DNA of 64,000 bases from Chloroflexota bacterium (GTDB lineage: Bacteria > Chloroflexota > Limnocylindria > Limnocylindrales > CSP1-4), in NCBI GenBank assembly GCA_003171065.1, contig PMXQ01000149.1:123558-187557 (forward strand), given 5' to 3'. Below the pieces are notes generated by a model. It ran no database searches and was not told the origin of the DNA. It saw only the letters and a list, made by a program, of their open reading frames with translations. The translations under genes were made by a program, and so were the position numbers. Of the stretch, positions 45,804 through 54,288 are shown in pieces (positions within the stretch are counted from its first letter, which is position 1; each line of letters opens with the position of its first letter).

Positions 45804-46144
45804 CGGGTCTTGTCTGCGGTGGTCGAAGCGGTAGCACGCGGCGCCGCCCGCGGCTCGTAGCCGCTCCAGGGCGCGAAGGTAGCCGCCCTCGCCGTGATGG
45901 AGCCACTGGGCGATACGGGTGATCGTGGCCGTGCTCGCGCCGGTCTGACGCGAGATCTCGCCGTAGTGCATGCCCTGGTCGAGCAGCCTGCACCACGGCC
46001 CACCGCTGGGCCATGTCGTGCAGCTCGCCGAGGGTACAAAGGTCGCGGAAGAACGTCGGAGGCTTCGTCCGCCGTCTCCAGGCGGAGGACCGCCTCGAAC
46101 AGCTCAGCCGTTCCCTCGTCGCGCCAGGCTTCCATCGCACTCAT
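45800..46144 (-). pseudogene. TrpR-related YerC/YecD-like regulator with at least two +1 frame breaks
   Basis: MSAMEAWRDEGTAELFEAVLRLETADEASD (frame X), then FFRDLCTLGELHDMAQRWAVVQ (frame Y), then LLDQGMHYGEISRQTGASTATITRIAQWLHHGEGGYLRALERL (frame A). Extra bases at about 46054 and 45987. The TGA overlapping the hisG ATG is in frame X. Confidence 0.65.
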
Positions 46145-46169
46145 CGTCGGTTCCCCTTGTTATCGGGCG

Positions 46170-46199
46170 TTCACAGCACCCGTGGTGATGTAGTAGCAT
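46170..46199 (+). promoter_or_regulatory. candidate hisA promoter (TTCACA-18 nt-TAGCAT), -10 ends 6 nt before ATG 46206
   Basis: An AT-rich island in the 61-bp divergent spacer. No Shine-Dalgarno before either hisA ATG (46206, 46218). Confidence 0.4.
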
Positions 46200-46206
46200 A
46201 GTAGCA
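46191..46206. repeat. tandem 8-mer TAGTAGCA x2 in the yerC-like/hisA divergent spacer
   Basis: Direct reading: TAGTAGCATAGTAGCA, ending in the A of the hisA ATG. Confidence 0.8.
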
Positions 46207-46979
46207 TGATACAACGCATGCAAGCCGAAGCTGAGCCAAAGCGGCCCACGGGTTTCGAGGTTCTGCCCGCCATCGACCTGCGAGGCGGGTTGGTGGTACG
46301 GCTGGCCGAAGGCGACTTCGCTCGGCAGACCGTCTACGCGGCCGACCCTGTCGACGTCGCCCGGGGCTTCGTGGCGGCCGGGGCGCGCTGGATCCACATC
46401 GTCGATCTTGACGGCGCCCGGGACGGGGCGCAGCGCCAGACGGAGGTGGTGGGCCGCATCGTCGAGGCGGTGGGGGACCGGGTGGCGTGCGAGGTCGCCG
46501 GTGGGCTGCGCGACGGGGACGCCGTGGCTGCAGCGCTGCATGCCGGAGCGGTCCGGGCGGTCGTGGGAACCGCGGCGTTGCGCGATCCCGCGTTTGCCGA
46601 GCGGCTGCTGGCTCGTTTCGGCGCCGGGCGCATTGCGATCGCGCTCGATGTCCGCGACGCAATGGCCGTGGGCCAGGGTTGGGTCCCGGGCGCTTCAGGC
46701 GTGCCGGTCGAGGAAGCGCTCATCGCGTTGGCGGATCGCGGCGCTCGAACCTTCATCGTCACGGCGATCGAGCGCGACGGCCTGCTTACGGGCCCGAATC
46801 TGGATCTTCTCGGCCGGATGGTCGAACTCGGGCGAGGCGAGATCATCGCCTCGGCCGGCATCTCGTCGCTTGCCGACATCGCCGCCGTCCGCGCCCTCGG
46901 CTGCGCCGGCGCGATCGTCGGCCGCGCCCTCTACGAGGGCCGCCTGGACCTGGCCGATGCGGTTCGACTGACGGTGTAG
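46206..46979 (+). CDS. hisA: ProFAR isomerase HisA
   Basis: VLPAIDLRGGLVVRL...IHIVDLDGA...GGLRD...GTAAL...TAIERDGLLTGPN...SAGISS...IVGRALYEG. Confidence 0.9.
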   Translation: MIQRMQAEAEPKRPTGFEVLPAIDLRGGLVVRLAEGDFARQTVYAADPVDVARGFVAAGARWIHIVDLDGARDGAQRQTEVVGRIVEAVGDRVACEVAGGLRDGDAVAAALHAGAVRAVVGTAALRDPAFAERLLARFGAGRIAIALDVRDAMAVGQGWVPGASGVPVEEALIALADRGARTFIVTAIERDGLLTGPNLDLLGRMVELGRGEIIASAGISSLADIAAVRALGCAGAIVGRALYEGRLDLADAVRLTV

Positions 46980-47163
46980 CGCGCAGGCAACGAAGCGCTC
47001 AAGTCGTTGGTCGGGCCTGCCGATGACTGAGCTGGAGACGTCGGCTCTGGGGTCGGTCTTCACGGGCTAAGGCCCCGGTCAATTGCGGCGTCGCCCTGCG
47101 GTTCTCTCCGGACCTGGCGCGAGGAACGGCCGTGTGCCGGTTCGCACAACCGCAGACAGACAC

Positions 47164-47202
47164 GCGGGCCCCGTGCCGGCCGGTACGGGGCCCGCGATTT
47201 GT
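47164..47202. terminator. 14-bp GC hairpin between convergent hisA and the EF-G paralogue (candidate bidirectional terminator)
   Basis: GCGGGCCCCGT GCC-GGCC-GGT ACGGGGCCCGC: 11 Watson-Crick pairs, 3 further pairs and a GGCC loop. Followed by GATTTGT on the plus strand and by TGTCTGTCTG on the minus strand. Confidence 0.5.
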
Positions 47203-47274
47203 CCCCCGCGCTCCAGCGACCTTGGGCAGGCTCTGCCGCGGTCCCAGCGCTCGTCTTCATCCCCTCCGCGCTGC

Positions 47275-49362
47275 CTACTCCTTGTGCGCGGCCTCGACTT
47301 CCTTGCGGTGGGCTTCGATCACCTTCTCGGCGATGTGCGCCGGCACGTCTTCGTAGCGGTCCAGCGTGGCCGAGAAGGTGCCCCGCCCGCCGGTGATTGA
47401 GCGCAGCTCCGTGGCGTAGGTGAAGAGTTCGGCCTGGGGCACGCTGGCCGTGATGATCTGCATCCCGTCCTTGGTATCCATGCCCAGGACCCGGCCGCGA
47501 CGGCCGTTGAGATCGCGGTTCACGTCGCCCATGAAGGCTTCCGGGATCCGGATCGCGACCGTCATGATCGGTTCCATCAGCGCCGGCTTGCACTCGAGCA
47601 CGCCCGACTTGAGGGCCATCGAGGCCGCGATCTTGAACGACAGCTCGTTCGAGTCGACGGCATGGAAGGAGCCGTCGTAGAGGGTCGCCTTGAAGTCGCT
47701 CAGCGGGTAGCCGGCCAGGACACCTTCGGCTGCCGTCTCGCGGATGCCCTTCTCGACGCCGGGGAAGAAGTTCTTGGGCACGGTGCCGCCGACGACATGC
47801 TCTGCGAATTCGACTCCGCCGCCCGGGTTCGGCTCGATCTCGATCCAGACGTCGCCGAACATGCCGTGGCCGCCGGTCTGCTTCTTGTAGCGGCCGTGGC
47901 TCTGCGTCTTGCCGCGGATCGTTTCCCGGTAGGGGACCTTCGGCATTCTGGTCACGATCGCGGCGCCGAACTTGCGCTTGAGGCGCTCGCCGAGGACCGC
48001 GACGTGCGCGTCGCCCATGGTCAGGAGGATCTGCTCGCCGGTGTCGGAGCGCTCCACGCGCGCGGAGGGCTCCTCTTCGAGCATGCGCTGGAGGGCCGAG
48101 CCCATCTTGTCGAGGTCGGCCTTGGTCTGCGGCTCGATGGCCGACTGCAGCGTCGGAACCGGGAACTCAAGGGGCGGCAGTGTGCGGGCCTGCTCGCGAG
48201 ATGACGCGAGGGTGTCGCCGGTCGCGGTCACTGTGAGCTTGGCCACGGCGCCGATCTCGCCGGCCTGGAGCTGGCCGACCGTCTCCTGGTCCTTGCCGTG
48301 CAGGAGCAGCAGCTGGCCGATTCGCTCGGGCTCGCCGCGGGTGGAGTTCCACGACTGGCCCTGGCCATGGAGCGTTCCGGAGAGGACGCGCAGGTAGGTC
48401 AGCCGGCCGACGAACGGGTCGGCGGTCGTCTTGAAGACGCGAGCAACGAGCGGGCCGGCCGCGGCCGGAACGATCTTGGTTTCCTTGCCCTGGGCGTCCG
48501 TGGCGATGATCTCGCCAAGGTCGGCAGGGGAGGGGAGGTAGTGCACGATAGCCTCGAGGAGGGCCCGGACTCCGACGTCCTTCGAAGCGCTCCCGACCAG
48601 GACCGGCGCCACCATGCCGGACCGGACGGCCTTCTTCAGGCAGCCCTCGAGCTCCGCGTCCGTGATCTCCTCGCCCTCGAGGTACTTGGTCATGACGTCG
48701 TCGTCCGCTTCCGACGCTGCCTCGATCAGCTGGTCGCGGCGAGAGGCGACTTCGGCGGCGAGATTGGCCGGGACGGCGACCTCGGTCTCTTTGCCGCCAG
48801 CCTCTTGGTAGGCCTTGCGATGGACGAGGTCCACGTAGCCGGTGAACGCCTCGGCCGTGCCGATGGCGACGTGCAGCGGCGCGATCTTCTGGCCGAAGGC
48901 GGTCCGGAGCGCGTCCAGCGCGTTGCCCGGGTTGGCATTCTCGCGGTCGCACTTGTTTATGAAGAAGAGCGCCGGACGGCCGTTCGCGCGAGCCAGCGCC
49001 ACCGCCGATTCGAGACCGGCCTCGACGTGCCCCGACGCATCCATCAGCAGGATGGCAGCGTCCGTCGCGGCGAAACCCTCAACGACCTCGGCCGCGAAGT
49101 CCGCGTAGCCGGGGGTGTCGACGATCTGAACCCTCGTTCCCTCGTGCTCCAGGCTGGCAACCGCGAGCGTCAGCGACTGCTTGCGCTTCTGTTCCTCGGG
49201 CTCGTAGTCCAGGCTGGCGGTGCCGTCGTCGACGCGGCCAAGCCGCGTGATGGCGGTCGTATCGAAGAGGAGGCGCTCGGCCAGCGTCGTCTTACCGGCC
49301 CCGGCATGGGCCGCAATGACGACGCTGCGGAGGTGGGGGAGGTCGACACTCTTGGTTGTCAT
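47275..49362 (-). CDS. elongation factor G paralogue (EF-G2-like GTPase)
   Basis: G1 AHAGAGKTTL, G3 DTPGYADF, G4 NKCD. EF-G domains II-V are recognisable. ATG 49362 was chosen over TTG 49401. Confidence 0.85.
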   Translation of the reverse strand: MTTKSVDLPHLRSVVIAAHAGAGKTTLAERLLFDTTAITRLGRVDDGTASLDYEPEEQKRKQSLTLAVASLEHEGTRVQIVDTPGYADFAAEVVEGFAATDAAILLMDASGHVEAGLESAVALARANGRPALFFINKCDRENANPGNALDALRTAFGQKIAPLHVAIGTAEAFTGYVDLVHRKAYQEAGGKETEVAVPANLAAEVASRRDQLIEAASEADDDVMTKYLEGEEITDAELEGCLKKAVRSGMVAPVLVGSASKDVGVRALLEAIVHYLPSPADLGEIIATDAQGKETKIVPAAAGPLVARVFKTTADPFVGRLTYLRVLSGTLHGQGQSWNSTRGEPERIGQLLLLHGKDQETVGQLQAGEIGAVAKLTVTATGDTLASSREQARTLPPLEFPVPTLQSAIEPQTKADLDKMGSALQRMLEEEPSARVERSDTGEQILLTMGDAHVAVLGERLKRKFGAAIVTRMPKVPYRETIRGKTQSHGRYKKQTGGHGMFGDVWIEIEPNPGGGVEFAEHVVGGTVPKNFFPGVEKGIRETAAEGVLAGYPLSDFKATLYDGSFHAVDSNELSFKIAASMALKSGVLECKPALMEPIMTVAIRIPEAFMGDVNRDLNGRRGRVLGMDTKDGMQIITASVPQAELFTYATELRSITGGRGTFSATLDRYEDVPAHIAEKVIEAHRKEVEAAHKE

Positions 49363-49546
49363 CTGCTCTATCGATCCTCTGGTGGCGTCAGATCGCGTCA
49401 AACAAGCGGCTCGACGAGGGGCCAGCCGCAGTCAGGCCATGATAGCCCGACGTGTGTTGGCGGACGAGGACGGCGTGACGCTCTTCCGTGCCCCAAACGG
49501 CCGGGGCACCCAATCAGGTAGGCGGCTCGGAGGCTCGGCCGGGCGC

Positions 49547-49552
49547 TATACT
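49547..49552 (+). promoter_or_regulatory. -10 hexamer TATACT, 7 nt upstream of the yebC ATG (leaderless geometry)
   Basis: CTATACTCC-gcccg-ATG with no Shine-Dalgarno. Same 9-mer as at 8231. Confidence 0.45.
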
Positions 49553-49559
49553 CCGCCCG

Positions 49560-50306
49560 ATGTCAGGACATTCCAAGTGGTCGCAGATCAAGCGCCAGAA
49601 AGGCGCGAACGACGTCAAGCGCGGTGCCGTTTTCACCAAGATGGGCCGCGAGATCAGCGTCGCCGCGCGGGCCGGCGGGGGTGACCCGGACGGCAACTTC
49701 CGGCTCCGCCTGGCGATCGAGCGTGCTCGCGCCCTCAACATGCCGCTCGACACGATCAAGCGCGCCATCGAAAAGGCGACCGGCGGGGGCGAAGGCGAGC
49801 AGTTCGAGGAGATCACGTACGAGGGCTACGGCCCGGGCGGCGTGGCGATCCTGGTCGAGACGGCGACTGACAATCGCAACCGCACTGCGGCCGAGGTCCG
49901 GTCGATCCTGACCAAGGCCGGCGGTCAGCTGGCCGGTTCGGGCAGCGTCGCCTGGCAATTCGAGCAGCGCGGCGTAATCACCCTGGCCCCGGGCGGCAAC
50001 ACGGAGGAGCTGGAGCTCCTCGCCATCGATGCCGGCGCAGACGACGTCGACTCTTCGGGCGAGCAGGTCGAGGTCTACACGAAGCCGGCGGACCTCGAGG
50101 CGGTGCGCCGCGGGCTCGAGGCCGCAGGCATCAAGATCGAGTCGGCCGAGCTCTCGATGACCCCGAAGAACACCGTCGAGTTGGACGAGTCGCACGCACG
50201 CCAGGCTTTGCGGCTGGTGGAGTTGCTGGAAGATCAGGACGATGTCCAGCGCGTGACCGCCAACTTCGAGATCCCCGAAGCGCTGCTGGCCGAGGTCGGC
50301 GGGTGA
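49560..50306 (+). CDS. yebC: YebC/PmpR-family transcriptional regulator
   Basis: MSGHSKWSQIKRQKGANDVKRGAVFTK... Confidence 0.9.
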   Translation: MSGHSKWSQIKRQKGANDVKRGAVFTKMGREISVAARAGGGDPDGNFRLRLAIERARALNMPLDTIKRAIEKATGGGEGEQFEEITYEGYGPGGVAILVETATDNRNRTAAEVRSILTKAGGQLAGSGSVAWQFEQRGVITLAPGGNTEELELLAIDAGADDVDSSGEQVEVYTKPADLEAVRRGLEAAGIKIESAELSMTPKNTVELDESHARQALRLVELLEDQDDVQRVTANFEIPEALLAEVGG

Positions 50307-50941
50307 TCATCCTCGGAATTGATCCCGGGACAGCGATGCTCGGGTACGGCGTCATCGAGCGAACCGGCCCTCGCCTGCGCGGCATCGACTACGGCGTCAT
50401 CTCGACTCCGTCGACCCTCACCCTGCCCGAGCGCCTGGAGTCGATCTACCTCGCCCTGACCGACCTGATCGAGCTGCACGCGCCGTCGATGGTCGGCGTC
50501 GAGCGGTTGTTCTTCACCAAGAACGTCCAGACGGCCTTCGCCGTCGGCCAGGCCAGGGGAGTGGTGCTTCTCGTCGCCGCTCAGCACGATCTGGATGTGC
50601 GCGAGGCCACACCCAACGAGGTGAAGGTGGCCACTGCGGGTCACGGTGGCGCCGGCAAGGAGCAGGTCGGCCGCATGGTCCAGGCGATTCTCGGTCTGGC
50701 CGAGATGCCGACTCCCGATGACGCCGCCGACGCTCTGGCGATCGCGATCTGCGTCGCCAACCGCGAGCGGTCCGTCAGTCGCATCCCAACCGGCGCGTTG
50801 GACCGTTCCGCCCTGAAGCCGGCCCCAAGCGGCGCGACGCCCTACGAGAAGGCGGTCCGTGAAGCCCTGCGCCGCGAACGGCTCGGCCTCGATCCAGACG
50901 GGCGGTCGTCGCGGCTGCCCGAGCCCAAGACCGCCTCCTAG
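50303..50941 (+). CDS. ruvC: Holliday junction resolvase RuvC (with an about-45-aa C-terminal extension)
   Basis: GTGA overlap with yebC. IILGIDPGTAMLGYGVI...ERLFF...PNEVK...DDAADALAIA. Confidence 0.9.
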   Translation: MIILGIDPGTAMLGYGVIERTGPRLRGIDYGVISTPSTLTLPERLESIYLALTDLIELHAPSMVGVERLFFTKNVQTAFAVGQARGVVLLVAAQHDLDVREATPNEVKVATAGHGGAGKEQVGRMVQAILGLAEMPTPDDAADALAIAICVANRERSVSRIPTGALDRSALKPAPSGATPYEKAVREALRRERLGLDPDGRSSRLPEPKTAS

Positions 50942-50960
50942 GCTCGGAGGAGGGCCCGCC

Positions 50961-51551
50961 GTGATCGCCTCGCTGGACGGCATGGTCGGCGCTGTCTTCG
51001 CCGATTCCCTCATCGTCGAAGTCGGCGGGATCGGCTATCGCGTCTACTGCGCGCCCGCCGTGCTGGCCGCGGTCAGAGTAGGGGAGCGGACCAAGCTGTT
51101 CACTCACCACCTGGTGCGTGAGGATGTGCAGGCGTTGTACGGCTTCCGCACGCCGGAGGAGCTTGGCTTCTTCGGACTCCTCCAGACCGTCACGGGAGTG
51201 GGGCCGAAGGTGGCGCTGGCAATAGTCGGGTCGCGCGCCGTGGGCGATCTGCAGCTGGCGATTCTCTCAGAGGATCTGGCCCTGCTGACAGCGGTCTCCG
51301 GAGTCGGCAAGAAGCTGGCGGCTCGAGTAGTCCTGGAGCTCAGGGAGAAGGTCGCGGCCGCCGGCGTTGCCGCGGGAGCCACAGCAGGTTCTCCGGCCGG
51401 CGAGTCGGAGGTCGTCGCCGCGCTTCTGGCCCTGGGCTACTCCCTCGGCGAGGCACGCCAGGCAGCCCGTGATGCGCTCACGGATACCTCCGTCGGCCCC
51501 GGCCTGGAGGATCGCGTCAAGGCCGCCCTGCGGACGCTGGTCAGGGGGTAG
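50961..51551 (+). CDS. ruvA: Holliday junction helicase subunit RuvA
   Basis: GTG at 50961 lies 7 nt after GGAGGAGG. VIASLDGMV...VEVGGIGYRVY...LYGF...GVGPKVALAI...GVGKKLA... Confidence 0.9.
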   Translation: MIASLDGMVGAVFADSLIVEVGGIGYRVYCAPAVLAAVRVGERTKLFTHHLVREDVQALYGFRTPEELGFFGLLQTVTGVGPKVALAIVGSRAVGDLQLAILSEDLALLTAVSGVGKKLAARVVLELREKVAAAGVAAGATAGSPAGESEVVAALLALGYSLGEARQAARDALTDTSVGPGLEDRVKAALRTLVRG

Positions 51552-51654
51552 AACGAGCCGCCGGTCGGATAACAGCTGTCGAGCGGAACTCGTCTCATCG
51601 GCCGGCAGGCGCTCCTGAGGATGGGGTGGAAGCCGCCGAAACTGGGGGTACGAG

Positions 51655-51858
51655 ATGAGATCACACGAGAGACCGAAGGAGCGGCCGTCGCTGCGGGCTC
51701 TGGTCGCCCTGTCCGACGAGTTCACCGCTGTCGCCTCGCCGCTTCACGACCGCAGACCGCGCCTGACGCGACCCGAGACCTGGTCGCGTACAAACGTGCA
51801 GGAGCGGTTGATGAGCTCCGACAGAGACGACCCGACGTTCGACTACGCGGCCAACTGA
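51655..51858 (+). CDS. possible small ORF (67 aa) in the ruvA-ruvB spacer
   Basis: GGGGG lies 6 nt upstream of the ATG. Third positions are mostly G/C. No family recognised, so this could be non-coding. Confidence 0.25.
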   Translation: MRSHERPKERPSLRALVALSDEFTAVASPLHDRRPRLTRPETWSRTNVQERLMSSDRDDPTFDYAAN

Positions 51859-51925
51859 ACGCCCACGTCGGGAGTCCGATCGCTCAAGCTCCGACCGAAC
51901 AAGCGCGTAGAACACCCGTTCGGTC

Positions 51926-51934
51926 TGGTATGAT
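51926..51934 (+). promoter_or_regulatory. extended -10 (TGgTATGAT) upstream of ruvB
   Basis: TATGAT at 51929-51934 lies 7 nt before ATG 51942. That ATG opens a 7-codon mini-ORF (MSERARD) whose stop (51963-51965) overlaps the ruvB GTG (51958). Confidence 0.4.
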
Positions 51935-51957
51935 CCGCGCCATGAGCGAACGCGCCC

Positions 51958-53043
51958 GTGACTGACTTCTCGCGCATCCTGGCCCCGGACGTGCAGGAAG
52001 AGGCAGACGTCGTCGTCGATCGGACGCTGCGGCCACGGACGCTCGACGAGTACATCGGCCAGCGCGAGCTCAAGGCCAATCTCTCAATCCTGCTCGGGGC
52101 CGCCCGCCAGAGAGGGGACGCCGCAGACCACATCCTGCTCCACGGTCCGCCCGGCCTCGGCAAGACGACTCTGGCTACGATCGTGGCGCGCGAGCTCGGC
52201 GCGAACATCCGCTATGCCAGCGGCCCCGCGATCGAGCGGGCAGGGGACCTCGCCGCCATCCTGACCTCGCTGGACGAGCGCGACGTCCTCTTCATCGACG
52301 AGATCCATCGCCTCAATCGCGCGGTTGAGGAAATCCTCTACCCGGCGATGGAGGACTACGCCCTCGACGTGATGATCGGCAAGGGGCCGTCGGCGCGCAG
52401 CCTGCGGCTCAGCCTCAAGCCGTTCACGCTCGTCGGCGCCACGACCCGGGCCGGTCGGATTTCCGGCCCGTTGCGCGATCGCTTCGGCGCCGCTTACCGG
52501 CTGGACTTCTACGATCTTGCGGATCTCACCGCGATCGTCGAGCGGTCCGCCCGGCTGCTCGGCGTGGAGCTCAGCTCGGACGGCGCCATCGCCATCGCGC
52601 GCCGTGGCCGCGGCACGCCCCGCGTCGTGAACCGCCTTCTGCGCCGCGTGCGCGACTTCGCCCAGATCAACGGCGACGGTCGGGTGGACGCCGCCACGGC
52701 GGACAAGGCCCTGGCGGCTCTCGAGATCGACGACGAAGGGCTGGACGGGACGGACCGCAAGCTGCTGGCGGCGATCGTCCAGAAGTTCGGCAGCGGGCCC
52801 GTGGGAGTGCAGGCCCTGGCTGCGGTTCTGGCGGAGGAGCCGGAAACGGTCGAGGACGTTTACGAGCCGTTCCTGCTGCGGTTGGGGTTCCTGGACCGAA
52901 CGCCGCAGGGTCGCATCGCCACGGACGGCGCACGCCAGCACCTGGCTCGCCTAGGGTTCGAAGTTCCGCCGCCCCGCCGCGGCGATGCCGACCAGCCCGC
53001 GCTCTGGGATGGCACGGCCGACCCGGACGCTCCTGCCCGCTGA
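51958..53043 (+). CDS. ruvB: Holliday junction helicase RuvB
   Basis: [12 protein letters not shown]...[11 protein letters not shown]...LFIDEIHRL... Confidence 0.95.
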   Translation: MTDFSRILAPDVQEEADVVVDRTLRPRTLDEYIGQRELKANLSILLGAARQRGDAADHILLHGPPGLGKTTLATIVARELGANIRYASGPAIERAGDLAAILTSLDERDVLFIDEIHRLNRAVEEILYPAMEDYALDVMIGKGPSARSLRLSLKPFTLVGATTRAGRISGPLRDRFGAAYRLDFYDLADLTAIVERSARLLGVELSSDGAIAIARRGRGTPRVVNRLLRRVRDFAQINGDGRVDAATADKALAALEIDDEGLDGTDRKLLAAIVQKFGSGPVGVQALAAVLAEEPETVEDVYEPFLLRLGFLDRTPQGRIATDGARQHLARLGFEVPPPRRGDADQPALWDGTADPDAPAR

Positions 53044-54248
53044 TGACAGACGCAGCGCATCATTCGGCGGCCCATGGCGCCCCGCAGACCTCGCCGGTTC
53101 ACTACGACGTGGAGGTACCGCCGCCTGCCGACGGCTCCACTCAGGGGCGGGTCGGCCGGCTGACGCTGCCCCACGGGGTCGTGGAGACGCCCCAATTCAT
53201 GCCGGTCGGCACCAACGCGACGGTGAAGGCACTGTCGCCCGACGATCTTCGCGAGGTCGGCGCCACCATCATCCTGGCCAACACGTACCACCTGTACCTG
53301 CGCCCCGGTCACGAGCGCATCGCCCGCCTCGGCGGCCTGCACAGCTTCATGGCGTGGGACCGGCCGCTCCTGACCGACTCGGGCGGGTTCCAGGTTGTTT
53401 CCATGGGCGAGCTGCGCAAGATCGACGACGACGGCGTCACCTTCCAGAGCCATCTCGACGGCTCGTACCATCGCTTCACGCCCGAGCATTCGGTCGCCGT
53501 CCAGGAGGCGCTCGGCGCCGACATCGCCGTGGCCTTCGACGAGCCGGTGCCGCCCGCGTCATCGACCCGGGCAGCCGTCGCGGACGCGATGCTTCGCACT
53601 CATCGCTGGGCCGAACGTTCGCTCGCCGCGCACACGCGACCGGACCAGGCTCTCTTCGGCATCGTCCAGGGCGGCCTCGATCCGGACCTTCGGGCGGAGT
53701 CGACGAGGTTCATGATGAGCCTGCCGTTCGACGGCATCTGCATCGGCGGCCTGGCCGGCGATGAGACGCCGGTCCAGCGGGAGGCGGCGCTGACGGTCGC
53801 CATCGACCTCCTTCGAGACGATCCGCGGCCGCGCTACCTCATGGGCCTGGGCTCGCCGGCAGACCTGCTCGAGGCCGTTCATCGTGGCATCGACCTGTTC
53901 GACTCCGTCCTGCCGGCTCGAGTCGCCCGCAACGGTCAGCTCTGGGTCCCCGGCGGCCGCCTCAACATGCGCAACGCTCAGTTCGTGGAGGACCCTCGGC
54001 CGGTCCAGGAAGGTTGCCGCTGCCTGCTGTGCCGCAACTTCTCGCGCGCCTATCTGGCTCATCTGTTTCGCGCCGAGGAGCTCCTCGCCTACCGCCTGGC
54101 AACTTGTCACAACATGACCTTCACCCTAGACTTCATGGCCGAAATCCGCTCCGCGCTGCGCTCAGGCACGTTCTCCGACCGGTTGCCCGAACTCCGGGCC
54201 ACGGCCCTTCTGTCAGGAGCGCGTGCATTGCCAGTGCAGCCGGAGTGA
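53043..54248 (+). CDS. tgt: queuine tRNA-ribosyltransferase
   Basis: TPQFMPVGT...LTDSGGFQV...GLGSP...CRCLLC... Confidence 0.95.
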   Translation: MTDAAHHSAAHGAPQTSPVHYDVEVPPPADGSTQGRVGRLTLPHGVVETPQFMPVGTNATVKALSPDDLREVGATIILANTYHLYLRPGHERIARLGGLHSFMAWDRPLLTDSGGFQVVSMGELRKIDDDGVTFQSHLDGSYHRFTPEHSVAVQEALGADIAVAFDEPVPPASSTRAAVADAMLRTHRWAERSLAAHTRPDQALFGIVQGGLDPDLRAESTRFMMSLPFDGICIGGLAGDETPVQREAALTVAIDLLRDDPRPRYLMGLGSPADLLEAVHRGIDLFDSVLPARVARNGQLWVPGGRLNMRNAQFVEDPRPVQEGCRCLLCRNFSRAYLAHLFRAEELLAYRLATCHNMTFTLDFMAEIRSALRSGTFSDRLPELRATALLSGARALPVQPE

Positions 54249-54288
54249 AGAGCCCACCAGTAGCCTGTCGAACGCGGAGGCACACCCG

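Noticed and set aside
51621-51965. 114-aa ORF spanning most of the ruvA-ruvB spacer.
   Set aside because: Arg/Ala-rich with no Shine-Dalgarno. It merely concatenates the frame of the 7-codon mini-ORF. The shorter 51655..51858 ORF in another frame is the better, still weak, candidate.
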